A stretch of DNA of 63,382 nucleotides, filler included, from Octopus bimaculoides (lineage: Eukaryota), in assembly GCF_001194135.2 (NCBI RefSeq). It is 8 parts of 8 records of this genome, joined end to end, with 100 filler letters (N's around TTAATTAATTAA, not from the genome) between each part and the next. Parts side by side here need not be neighbours in the genome. Positions count along the whole stretch, not along the records: positions 23,238 to 36,119 come from NC_068984.1; 7 more parts are not named here. One strand, written 5' to 3'. A model generated the notes under the pieces. It searched no databases and was not told the origin of the DNA. It saw only the letters and a program-made list of their open reading frames with translations. The translations under genes and the position numbers were made by a program. Shown piece by piece: positions 24,400 through 36,119 of the stretch (position 1 is the stretch's first letter; each line of letters begins with the position of its first letter).

Positions 24400-24639
24400 C
24401 GTGTGTGTGTGCGTGCATGTGTGTCTGTGTCTGTTTTTGTCCCCACCAGACTGCTTGACAAACAATGTTAGTATGTTTACTTCCCTGTAACTTAGTGGTT
24501 TGACAAGAGGCCAATAGAATAAGAATCAGGCTTAGTAAAAAATAAGTAATGGGGTTGATAAATTTGACTATAAATTCTTCAAAGCAGTGCTCCTGCATGG
24601 GCTGCAGTCTAATGACAGAAACAAGTAAAACATAAAAGA
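24320..24639 (+). mobile_element. SINE family A, 3' half with long (GT)n
   Basis: tttgtcccc..gcttgacaa..taacttag..gtgctcctgcatggg..cagtctaatgacagaaacaag. Confidence 0.8.
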
Positions 24640-26026
24640 CGAAAAGGTATCAAGGAAATAGTCTTGTACTTTCCCCTCTCTAATGAAAATACAACTAAAT
24701 ATCTTTACGTCACAGCAAATGCTAAACACTGCACACTCTAATGATCTTTACTGGCAAGCTTGTATACATGATATAGCTAAAATTACATTACATAAATGAT
24801 TATTCTTCTTCAAGCCCACAAAATTTTTCAGCTCTGATTGATTGTTAACCTTTGAAACTCGAGTGAGACCCATAATAGTGAACTACTAATATATGAGATT
24901 GGGCTGCTACTACATATACAAACATTTTAGATAACATCTAAAGGAAGGTCATCTCATTGATTAGCAAATAGTTAGTTATGACCTCAACCTGTGATCCTCA
25001 GACATGCTGTTTCCTCTCTGTCTATTCTATCATAACTATAACAGCCTGTGTTTGACTGAACTAACTTGTAACATATCACTTCCACTTAAGCACATGCTCT
25101 CCTCCTCACATTACCCTTTATTGTATGTATCTCATTACTCAAGTCCAATATTAATTAGTTTAACTTAATATTATTTCTAGCTCTTTACAATTCTCCTCTC
25201 CAATTAAGTTTTCCTGTAGGTTACAATCTAAAACTACATGATATTCACCTCATTAATCTTAGAGAGTCTGCTGAGGTCACGGTCACTGCCATTGTTCCAT
25301 ACTAAGCTATTGATAAAAGACTTGTCTATGTATACTATATGTAATTGATAGCTTCTTTTATTTGAATGGGCTAGGAAATAATGGCAGTATTTGAATGCTA
25401 TGAAATTATGGAATCTACAATGGAGAACTTCAGAGAGTCATGGCAGCCATGACTTTCTCTGCTAGTGCAATAGCATATATCTAAGGGCTGTGATACTATG
25501 GAACATGAAAGACTCAGTTGATTACAGAGAAATAAGTTGAATGTGATCTCTTGATTATGTTATGATAACTTGCTGCTCATGGATTTTTTAAGTAAATGGA
25601 TGGATGGATGGATGAATGAATGGATGGATAAGTGTGAAGTGGAAATGGTGGGTAAAGAAGTGCCTTGAATTGTGGAAGGTTCATATGACTAAGTGAAGAT
25701 TGAGAAAGACATAAGATGTGGTGAGGTTAGAAACAATGGAAGATGTTTGATTTCATAGAAAAATGATGCATCTTTGAAATGAATAGCAATTTGATAAACT
25801 AACCCACTACATTAAAGATGCCAACATGGAAAAATAAACATGGTGATGATGATGATATACATACATTTATATATATATAGTGAATCCAAACAAAGAAGAA
25901 CAAACAAGAAAAAACAATAACGCAAGGATGTGGTACAAGTACTGTATTATCAGAGGCTAGGAAGGAAAAACCTTCAGATATGAAAACTTTAGGCTGGAGG
26001 AAATATTCCAGTTTACTAACACATAG

Positions 26027-26156
26027 TTATGTTTGTAACCACATTTCCAAGTTTGATCCTACTGTGAGATACTTGAGCAAGTGTCTTCCACTATAACCTT
26101 GTATTGACCAAACCCTTGTGAGTAGATTTGGTAGACTGAAACTGAGAGAAGCCCTT
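26027..26156 (+). mobile_element. SINE family A, 5'/core fragment
   Basis: cttgagcaagtgtcttccactataacc..ttgtgagtagatttggtagactgaaactgagagaagccc. Confidence 0.75.
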
Positions 26157-26321
26157 TGCATATATATATATATATATATCTATATATATTTTTTTTTTTT
26201 TCAAAAATTTAACAAAAGCACAAATGGAAAATTTACAAAAACATAACAAACAGAAAATTCATAGCAAATTCCTTATCAATCAATGTCTAAAAAATCCTTA
26301 CAATTTCACAATATGTATGTA

Positions 26322-26656
26322 TGTATTAAAGGCCTGTGATATGCAGGACACTGACTGGGAGAACAATGCCTGTCACCGCCACAGATGGAGGAAGCAGGTT
26401 AAGGAGGGGATCAACACTTTTGAGAGAGCACGTATCCAGCATGAAGAACTTAAGCGAGCTGCGCGAAAGCGCACGGCTCGTATAGTGAATGGGGAAAGCT
26501 TGGTCTGCAATATTTGCAGTCGTGTATGCTTGTCAAGAGCAGGGCTCATTAACCACCAACGGAGTCACAAATGCAAAATATAAGTTAGTCCTAGAGCACA
26601 CAATGTTCCTGAAGGTCGGCAATGGTCTTCCTCGGCCACGAGTGGACGGCCATCAT
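26322..26656 (+). mobile_element. RTE/BovB-type LINE 3' end with C2H2 zinc finger
   Basis: LKACDM..WENNA..R.RWRKQVKEG..FE...CNICSRVCLSRAGLINHQRSH, then a short 3' UTR and a (TATG)n tail. Confidence 0.85.
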
Positions 26657-26714
26657 GTATGTATGTATGTATGTATGTATGCGTGTTTGTGTGTTCCCTT
26701 GTCTTGACATCATA

Positions 26715-26927
26715 TAATAGTTGTAAACAAGCATCACTGTCATAAAACAATATCCATTTCTAATCTTCTTCCAAGAAAAATATATCTGACCATAGGGAAA
26801 TATTACTTGGGTGCAAACAGGTAAGTGTTGGTAACAGGAAAGGTACCCAGCTGTACCTCCAAAATTCCCCTAACCCATGCAAGCATGGAAAAGTGGACAT
26901 TAAATGAAGATGATGATGATGATGATA
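26715..26927 (+). mobile_element. RTE tail fragment (family B)
   Basis: aacccatgcaagcatggaaaagtggacattaaatgaa(gat)n matches the 3' end of the RTE at 31980. Confidence 0.7.
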
Positions 26928-27103
26928 TATTGTAAAAAGCTGGTAACAGGCTCAGGCCAATGTAAATATGTAGGCTCTGTTTGAAACTATTCACCAAATA
27001 TTTTAGTAATCAATACTATATACACATGATTGATGTATGGCATATGAGTGATTAGATGTACATGTAGTGAAGATAATGAAGCTAGAAAATAACAGGACAG
27101 AAT

Positions 27104-27442
27104 GCTGAGACCCCTTTAGGTCATGACTGACCATGGGATTGCACCTAGAAAGTTACCCTCCAAGGAACAAGTCCGGGCAAGGTTGTTTATGGAAGACCAG
27201 CAGTTGCCCATGCACATGAGTCTCCCCTCTCCACACCACCAATGTTATCCAAGGGAAAGGTAAAGGCCGATACAGCTTGACACCAGTGACATTGCAACTC
27301 ATTTCTACAGCTGAGTGAACTGGAGCAACATGAAATAAAGTGTCTTTCTCAAGAACACAACATGCAGCCCGGTCCGGGATTCGAACTCACAACCTCGCAA
27401 TTGTAAGCTCGACGCTCTAACCACTGAGCCATGCGCCTTCAC
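27104..27442 (-). mobile_element. Full-length tRNA/CORE-like SINE (family C) with 13-bp TSD
   Basis: Head ggcgcatggctcagtggttagagc..gttcgaatcccgg (A and B boxes). TSD AACAGGACAGAAT at 27091-27103 and 27443-27455. Confidence 0.9.
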
Positions 27443-27599
27443 AACAGGACAGAATACTAGACCAGAAAAAAGGGAAGTTGTGGAAAAGGGAGACTCAGGA
27501 AGAGACAAAGTATTGAAGGCCAATCTCAAAATACTGAACCTTACGAAAGAGATGACAGAGGACTGAGGTATATGGTGCAATGCTGTATTCTAGAAGAGC

Positions 27600-27877
27600 T
27601 GTTCACCACAACAGAATCAAGATCATAAAATCAAGGTGCCAAGTAAAAAAGCAGTGGTACTGGTTCCGCTTCAAAAGCATTGGTGATGGTGCCACATAAA
27701 AAGCACCTAGTACACTCTGTGGAGTGGTTGGTATTAGGAAGAGCATCCAGCCATATAAACCAAGCCAAAACAGACTAAGAAATCTGATATGGCCTCTGGC
27801 CTTACCAGTTCCTGTCAAGCCATCCAACCCATACCAGCATGGAAACTGGATATTAAATGATGATGATGATGATGATG
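27600..27877 (+). mobile_element. RTE tail fragment (family B)
   Basis: gtggttggtattaggaagagcatccagcc..aacccataccagcatggaaactggatattaaat(gat)n. Confidence 0.8.
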
Positions 27878-28044
27878 TAATTATTTTTATAAAAATGTCT
27901 TACCTTTGCCTTAAATTGGCAGGAGAAGATACCTTCAAAGTCATAGGCCAATACTGACTGGCACATACTGGATCTTGCTCATACACTTATACATATACAC
28001 ACACATACACACACACACACACATGTACGCATGCATACACACGC

Positions 28045-28560
28045 ATCATCATCATCATCGTCATCATCATCATTTAATGTCCATGTTATTTGCTGACATG
28101 AGTTAAATAGTTTGCAAAGATCCAATGTCAAATGTTTGCTCTAATATGGTTTCTATGGCTGGATGCTCTTCCTAATGAAAACCACTTCACAGCATGTACT
28201 GGTTGCTTTTTCCATAGCACCAGCACAAGTGTGGTTGCTATAGAGTCTACAAGACTAAGATACCCTTTGACTGAGTGAAGCTACAGTAGAGAGGGAGGCA
28301 ACTTCATACCATGGGGCAAGGAGTTAAAGTATTAGAGAAAGGGCCAGAGCAGAATGCATTTCTTGCTGTAAAGTAGCTACATAGCTTCTCACATTATGGG
28401 AGAAAGAGTGAGAGTGGCCAGCGTGGAGCTGGAAAGAAAGGAAAATAGTAGTGATGAGGTGTCAAGGTAGATTATAAAGATATGAGGTGAGAAGACATGA
28501 ATATGGACTGGATAACAAGAAGTATGGGTGGGTAGAAGGTGCAAGAGTGCATGGGAAAGT
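28045..28560 (-). mobile_element. Diverged RTE tail fragment (family B)
   Basis: (cat)n ttaatgtccatg..ggctggatgctcttcctaatg..aaccact. Confidence 0.6.
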
Positions 28561-28566
28561 GAGAGA

Positions 28567-28752
28567 TTCTTTTATTCTTAATTTGTTTCAGTTAATTGAC
28601 TGTGGCCATGCTGGAGCACCACCTTAAAGGGTTTTAGTTAAAGAAATTGACTCCAGAACTTATTCTTTGTGAGCTTAGTACTTATTCTCTCGGTCTGTTT
28701 TGCCAAACCACTAGGTTAAGGGGACATAAACACACCAACATTAGTTGTCAAG
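28567..28752 (-). mobile_element. SINE family A, 3' half
   Basis: ttgtttcagttaattgactgtggccatgctggagcacc..ttgtcaagc. Confidence 0.8.
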
Positions 28753-29259
28753 CAATGGCAGGTGAGAGGGTGAATATAATGAAGGACAAGTGTTGAGAGA
28801 TATGTAGCTGCTTCTGCTACTGCTTTATGCCCTTGCTTGTTGAGAGAGCCAACCATGTCCATCAGTGCTCTCCATTGCTAATGGTCCCATGCCAGCCTCT
28901 CTACATCCTGGAGATGAGTAGGGAAGATAGGTAACAACTGTAAAAATTGTGCAAGATTCAAAGGTGACCAATGATACATATGAGTTGGACAAGGTAGGTG
29001 AGAGATGACTGATATTGCAGAAAATTTGGAGTGAAGTGTAGCAGAGATAATGTGATAGGTTAGGAAGGTGACCAATGAAAAATGTGGATGGAGAGGCAAG
29101 AAAAAATAACAAATTCTGGGTAATAAGAAGCATAGCTGGTGAAGTATGCAGTTCTGCTCACATATAATTACAGCAGCAGAATAGTGTAATCAGATGAAGG
29201 GTGGGGGTTAATCTTGAGAAGGAAATTTAATGGGGTGGTGGTGGATAGATGGGTAATTC

Positions 29260-29309
<50 letters not shown>

Positions 29310-29310
<1 letters not shown>

Positions 29311-30570
29311 TGGGTCATCCCATAAATAATGTGGATTTTTCAATTGCATGAACTAAAAGTCAGAGGGGGATGGGATACACTACCTGCATCAACTTTCTAT
29401 AAAAGCAGGTTGTAATCTTACCTTGTCCTTATTCTTAATGCAAGTTTTGAAGAATGCAGTTTGATTTCAACTGTTATTTTTTCAAAGCTATAGTGGAAGT
29501 GACAAAGGAGCATATTCAACATATTTTGCTTTACGAGTTCAATAAAAGCAACAATGCAATAGAAAGTGCAAGGAATATTAGTGCAGTATATAGGGATCAG
29601 ACAATAAGCATAAGCCAGTGTCAAAGGTGGTTCCAGAAATTCCAAACCAAAAATTACAGCCAAGATGAATCTCATCCTGGAAGATCTGTAGAGCTTGACG
29701 AGGATATCCTGTAAACCCTGGTGGAATAAAATCCCATTGTAACTGTTAAGGAACTAGCAGAGAAGCTTGAATTTGGTCATTCAACCATTCCTTGACATCA
29801 GAAAAGTCAGCAAATTGGGTCAATGGGTTCCTCACAAACTTTCCGAATCTAATCATGCACACAGAGCGAATGTGTACTCTTCTTTGCTGTCACATCTCAT
29901 GAATGAACCTTTTTTGGACCGAATAATGACTGGTAATGAGAAATGGGTTCTCTATAAAAATGTCAAGCACCGAAGACAGTGGGTAGAGAAAGGAGAAACA
30001 CCGGCACTCCAGGCTAAAGAAGGTCTTCACCCACGTAAGGTGTTGTTATCTGTTTGGTGGGATATGAAAGGTTTAGTCCACTTTGAACTTTTAAACTGAA
30101 ACCAAATGATAAGAAAGGAGATTTACTGTGAGCAGCTTGAACAGCTTAAGTCAGTGCTAGAAGAAAAATTACTCTCTTTGGTTTTATGATGAAAGGTGTC
30201 CTTCCATCAGGATAATGCTTGGCTACATACAATATTCCAAAGGCTGGAGCAGGTTGAATGGGAAACAATGCTCCATCATACTTGCTGGACATTATCCCCT
30301 CAGATTATCATTTCTTCTGCAGTCTTCAAAATCATTTGGATAGAAAAAATGTGAATTCTGTAGACAAAGTCAGAACAGTACTGGAGGAGTATTTTTCATT
30401 ATGGACAAGTGAATTTTGGAAGAGGGACCTTGCAAGTCTACCAGATAGATGGAAGAGCATTATAGAAAATGAAGAAGAGTATATTTTAGATTAAAAAAGA
30501 ACTTTGTTTATCCTAATTTTGATAAATAAAAGAAGTATAAAAAAAACGCATTATTTATGGGATGACCCAA
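29310..30570 (+). mobile_element. Full-length (1261 bp) inactive mariner, DD34D
   Basis: TIRs (c/t)tgggtcatcccataaataatg, TA on both sides. Transposase motifs QCQRWFQKF, WVPHKL, RIMTG(N)EKW, HPRKVLLSVWWD, HQDNA and SDYHFF, with stops and frameshifts. Confidence 0.95.
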
Positions 30571-30594
30571 TATACATGCATATATATATATATA

Positions 30595-30811
30595 CAAGGT
30601 GATGCTGAAAAGTTCCTGGCATTGGGTAAAAGAAAATACAGGAGGATCAGTTAATTATGATTATTTTTTAACATATTTCCCTCTCAGATTCACACAATTA
30701 TTGCAGCAATCCTTCGGTTATTCTAAGCCTTGTAAAAGAACTCAGAAGGCTGGGCTTCCAATCAGGTTTTTCATGATACCCTTAAAGCCAAGAACTTCTC
30801 GGTGCCCCTCA
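30595..30811. mobile_element. Mariner-type MITE, copy 2
   Basis: Aligns end to end with 6909-7130, with TA flanks. Confidence 0.85.
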
Positions 30812-30836
30812 TACATACATACATACACACACATAT

Positions 30837-30876
<40 letters not shown>

Positions 30877-30879
30877 GCA

Positions 30880-30913
<34 letters not shown>

Positions 30914-31787
30914 CATACAAACACATGCACACATTGTTTTATTCTTTTACGTGTCTTTTTATATTTTTTTATAAATAAGTAAAACAAAACAAAGATGAAA
31001 ATTTTCAAAAAATAAAAAAAAAACAGCAAACTCTACTAATATTGGATTTAAATTTTGGCAGCAATTCTGGGAAGGTGGCTAAGTCGATAAAATCAGTCCT
31101 GGTGATCAACTGGTACTTACAACCCCGAAACGATGAAAGGCNNNNNNNNNNNNNNNNNNNNNNNNNNNNNNNNNNNNNNNNNNNNNNNNNNNNNNNNNNN
31201 NNNNNNNNNNNNNNNNNNNNNNNNNNNNNNNNNNNNNNNNNNNNNNNNNNNNNNNNNNNNNNNNNNNNNNNNNNNNNNNNNNNNNNNNNNNNNNNNNNNN
31301 NNNNNNNNNNNNNNNNNNNNNNNNNNNNNNNNNNNNNNNNNNNNNNNNNNNNNNNNNNNNNNNNNNNNNNNNNNNNNNNNNNNNNNNNNNNNNNNNNNNN
31401 NNNNNNNNNNNNNNNNNNNNNNNNNNNNNNNNNNNNNNNNNNNNNNNNNNNNNNNNNNNNNNNNNNNNNNNNNNNNNNNNNNNNNNNNNNNNNNNNNNNN
31501 NNNNNNNNNNNNNNNNNNNNNNNNNNNNNNNNNNNNNNNNNNNNNNNNNNNNNNNNNNNNNNNNNNNNNNNNNNNNNNNNNNNNNNNNNNNNNNNNNNNN
31601 NNNNNNNNNNNNNNNNNNNNNNNNNNNNNNNNNNNNNNNNNNNNNNNNNNNNNNNNNNNNNNNNNNNNNNNNNNNNNNNNNNNNNNNNNNNNNNNNNNNN
31701 NNNNNNNNNNNNNNNNNNNNNNNNNNNNNNNNNNNNNNNNNNNNNNNNNNNNNNNNNNNNNNNNNNNNNNNNNNNNNNNNNNNNNNN

Positions 31788-31837
<50 letters not shown>

Positions 31838-31979
31838 TGTGTGTGTGTGTGTGTAAGAAAAAACATTTACTAACAGTAAAGTATGCTATTAAAATAAATT
31901 ATCTTTTGCATACTTTTTTTGAATCACTGGATATATCCCAACAATGACCTTCTCAGACTCTCCAATAGTCTTAAATTAT

Positions 31980-33455
31980 ATCATCATCATCATCATCGTT
32001 TAACGTCTGCTTTCCATGCTAGCATGGGTTGTACGATTTGACAGGTCTGGTGGACCAAGTGACTACACCAGGCTCCAATCTGATTTGGCAGAGTTTCTAC
32101 AGCTGGATGCCCTTCCTAATGCCAACCACTCCGAGAGTGTAGTGGGTGCTTTTATGTGCCACTGGCACGAAGGCCAGTCAGGCGGTACTGGCAACGGCCA
32201 TGCTCAAAATGGTGTATTTTACGTGTCACCTGCACAGGAGCCAGTCCAGCAGTACTGGCAACGATCTCGCTCGAATGTCTTTTCCCGTGCCAGGAAGGCG
32301 ACATTGGTAACGATCACACTCAAATGGTGCTATTNNNNNNNNNNNNNNNNNNNNNNNNNNNNNNNNNNNNNNNNNNNNNNNNNNNNNNNNNNNNNNNNNN
32401 NNNNNNNNNNNNNNNNNNNNNNNNNNNNNNNNNNNNNNNNNNNNNNNNNNNNNNNNNNNNNNNNNNNNNNNNNNNNNNNNNNNNNNNNNNNNNNNNNNNN
32501 NNNNNNNNNNNNNNNNNNNNNNNNNNNNNNNNNNNNNNNNNNNNNNNNNNNNNNNNNNNNNNNNNNNNNNNNNNNNNNNNNNNNNNNNNNNNNNNNNNNN
32601 NNNNNNNNNNNNNNNNNNNNNNNNNNNNNNNNNNNNNNNNNNNNNNNNNNNNNNNNNNNNNNNNNNNNNNNNNNNNNNNNNNNNNNNNNNNNNNNNNNNN
32701 NNNNNNNNNNNNNNNNNNNNNNNNNNNNNNNNNNNNNNNNNNNNNNNNNNNNNNNNNNNNNNNNNNNNNNNNNNNNNNNNNNNNNNNNNNNNNNNNNNNN
32801 NNNNNNNNNNNNNNNNCTCATCCCAGGTCTTCCTGGGCCTGCCTCTTCCACGGGTTCCCTCAACCGCTAGGCTGTGGCACTTTTTCATGCAGCTATCCTC
32901 ATCCGTTCTCACCACATGTCCATACCAGTGCAATTGTCTCTCTTGCACACCACAACTGATGCTTCTTATGTTCAACTTTTCTCTCAAGATATTTACACTC
33001 CGTCGGGTATGCACACTGACATTACTCATCCATCGGAGCATACTGGCTTCATTCTTTGAGAGCTTACGCATGTCCTCAGCAGTCACGGCCCATGTTTCAC
33101 TGCCATGTAGAATGGCTGTTCGTACACATGTGTCATACAGTCTGCCTTTTACTCTGAGTGAGAGGCCCTTTGTTGCCAGCAGANNNNNNNNNNGCTATCA
33201 ACTACGTCTAGTTTTTCTCCCTGGAATGTGACAGAGGTTGTTTTCTGCACATTTTCAGTGTTTATTGCACCTGAACATCTGCCACATACAAAAACTAACT
33301 TCCTAGTTAACCTGCCTTTGATATTGCTGCACCTCTTATGTGTCCATAGCTTGCACTGGGTACATCTTATAGAGTTTCTACCTACACCTTTTCTACAGAT
33401 CGAGCAGGGCCATCTACCTGAAGGGGTTTGTGTTTTGTCTACCTTCCTATTTATA
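31980..33455 (-). mobile_element. 5'-truncated RTE-clade LINE with PHD finger and long 3' UTR
   Basis: WPCSICRKGVGRNSIRCTQCKLWTHKRC..FVCGRC (C4HC3), EKLDVVDS, then MLRWMSNV..LHWYGHVVR..GTRGRGRPRKTWDE. The 3' UTR at 31980-32334 ends in (ATG)n. Two gaps lie inside. Confidence 0.9.
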
Positions 33456-34429
33456 AACAGAAATAATAGGGTAGGGGTAGGAGGGGTTAAAAATATAGAA
33501 AAATAGAAAAACACCAATACATGTAAGTGACAAAGAAACAAAGAAGGTGGTCATAGGATGTGCCAGAAACAACAGCAAAATCTCCCCCAAGTCACAAACC
33601 CCTTCATCTGAAAACATCTACAATTTTTTTTCTTTCTTTTTACAGAAAAGGCCTCACCCATGGTTCCCAACTGTGTAGTGGCGAAAATCAGTCTGATGGG
33701 TGTCTGAAAAAGAAGAAAAAAATCAAATTTTTGAAAAAAATTTTTCCATAAAAAGATGCCCCCATCATTTTGAAGGCCATGATGAAAATCAAATTGGAAA
33801 AATCCAATTTTTCATGCATTTGGATGAAAAATTGGAATTTCAAAATGAAGAAAATCCAACTTATGTGGGCATCCTAATCTGAAACTCTGCCAATTATAAT
33901 TTATATTTACAAATGATTTACAAACAACTTGAGTATCGAAATATATACAAATTAGGTGAAAAGGAGAATTTAAAATTTATAGAAACATTCATTTTGTTTG
34001 GAACAGATTTCAAATGTAGTAATTATATTTTAATCATTATCAGACAAGAACACACATGCCCCCACACGTCTGTGGGTACATATAAAACATACAAGTTATT
34101 TTCCTCTGAATTTATACTTGAATAATTAATGCTTTCACCAAATGTTTAATGAAATAATTATCATAGAGCTAACATCTTATTACAAATAATTTGAGTATTT
34201 TAATTTCCAATGAAAAAGGGGAGAAAGAAATTTAATACAATACAATGAGGAGAAGCTGATATTTTCACCCAAATGTTTAACAAAATGATTATCACAGAAC
34301 AATCATCCTACCGTAAATAATTAGAGTATTTCAAATTGAAGTTTGATACAAAGGATAAAAAGGCCTCTAAGAAAGAAGTAAAAACAAATTAGATTTGAAA
34401 AAAATATGTTAGTAGATTGCAAAATATAC

Positions 34430-34742
34430 AAGCGTTTGACAGCTTTTTGAAAAGATTCTATTCAGTTTGGGAAACACAAACTGAGTAGGTATTAGCAAGC
34501 TTTTGGCAAAATTTGATGCAGATTCTCTGCTCAACTTCCTCTGTCATTGTCAATGTAACAATCATACGCTACACACCTTCCTTCCAAGCACTGCTGTAAA
34601 CAGCAGGAGTGAGTTAGAATGTTAAAACTTTGTGCACATGCACAGAAGAGTTTAAGGTCAATCTGTGCTGAGTGACTTCATTTTGCATACTTTGGTTTCA
34701 TTACTATGACAACAGTCTGGATACTTATTGATCAGATCACAT
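34430..34742 (-). mobile_element. Mariner 5'-end fragment, same family as 11691-12584
   Basis: ttcattactatgacaacagtctggatacttattgatcagatc TIR and the MTEEVEQRICIKFCQKL start. Confidence 0.8.
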
Positions 34743-34820
34743 ATATATATATATATATATATATCATTTGTATAAAACATAAATCTGGAGAAGAAGCATA
34801 TTCTAAGATATAGAGCAGAT

Positions 34821-35050
34821 TATATTTTAATGGGGAAGGCCAATTTATGGGATTACCATGGGTTTCTGTCCATAAAGGGTTTAGCTTAATGGCATATCAT
34901 CAGACCCCAAAACCTGTTGGCCTAAGATCTATTTTGAAGAGGTTTTAGGCCAACAGATTTTTGGGTCTGACTACATGCCATAAAGCTAAACCCTTTATGG
35001 ATGGGAAACCTACTGTAATCCCATAAACTGGCCTTCCCTATTAAAATATA
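34821..35050. mobile_element. 230-bp foldback MITE
   Basis: About 105-bp arms tatattttaat(g/a)gggaaggcca.tttatgggattac..tgttggcctaa with a loop of about 16 nt, TA-rich flanks. Confidence 0.9.
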
Positions 35051-35319
35051 TATATACTAGCAGTAACACCTGTTATTGATCTGGTAATTACTTTTACTCT
35101 TTCTTGGAAGCCACATTCAAATATACACATACTCCTGTATGTGTATATTTTATAAGAAAAAAACATAATAATTGAAGTAGAAAAAAAAGATCAATTTTCT
35201 ACATGAACTTCTGTTTGTTTATTATATGACAATAGTAAGTGAGTTGTATATGTTATTTTATATTTCAATACAGTAATGGCAGTTATACAAGGATTAGGTC
35301 AGCACAGTGCTGTAATGAA

Positions 35320-35410
35320 AGAGAATTACCCAATGGGCCATACAGTGAAACTGAACCCAAGGTGACATGGTTAGAAAGCAAGCTTCTCAACCACACAGCC
35401 ACACCTATAA
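35320..35410 (-). mobile_element. SINE family A head fragment
   Basis: actgaacccaaggtgacatggttagaaagcaagcttctcaaccacacagccac. Confidence 0.65.
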
Positions 35411-35543
35411 AGGAGAGATACATTTTGGATAATATACTCCTTGATACAATATGCTTAACAAAAAGGTGGGATGTTTACGGGGAGAAGACCTTTGATTTTA
35501 ATATTTACTTGAGCAACACAACAACTAACAATGCTACACCATA

Positions 35544-36024
35544 CAGGGTGTTCCAGAATTAACTATCTGTTTCAATGAAATTGAGCAAATTTTTAAAAAA
35601 CTGATAGAATTTTATGCTTATTACCAAAACAAAAAGATTTATAAATCTTATGTCAAATGTTTATTGAAAATTTTTAACATGTCTGTATCTGCATACTTCA
35701 AATCTCTCCTTAGCATTGTGAAACACATTTTGAAGCATTTCAGGAGTTAGCTCCTGCACTGCTAACTGAATGAGTTCTTTAAGCTCAGCTAAACGATTGC
35801 GCCATCTTGGGGATGGAGGCAAAGAAAATGACTGCTGCCAAATTGAAAAAAAGTTGTCATGGACAAATAAGAGGGGTCCAACAGGAATGAAAATAAAATT
35901 ATAAATAAAATTCAAAATTTATACACCTTTAACACATATTAAACATGATAAACATAAATAAAAGTGAGTTTTTAAAAAATGTATCTGATTTCATTCAAAT
36001 CATCATTAATTCTGGGACACCCTG
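35544..36024 (-). mobile_element. 481-bp non-autonomous Tc1/mariner derivative
   Basis: TIR cagggtgt(t/c)ccagaattaa with TA TSDs. It retains a transposase C-terminus (LAELKELIQLAVQELTPEMLQNVFHNAKERFEVC). Confidence 0.9.
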
Positions 36025-36069
36025 TATTTACTCGTCTGACTAAATGGGGATGGGGACATGGGGGGACTA

Positions 36070-36119
36070 TGCTCCTGGGAGCTCCTCTATGCTGATGACC
36101 TTGCCCTAATTGCGGAGTC
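36070..36119 (+). mobile_element. RTE-type RT catalytic motif fragment
   Basis: tgg gag ctc ctc tat gct gat gac ctt gcc cta att gcg gag = WELLYADDLALIAE, running into a linker gap. Confidence 0.8.

Noticed and set aside
24700-25560. Possible old RTE endonuclease remnant
   Set aside because: Too degenerate to support.
27370-27437. tRNA-like sequence with A and B boxes
   Set aside because: It continues into a SINE body bounded by a 13-bp TSD and has no proper acceptor stem. It is a SINE head, not a tRNA gene.
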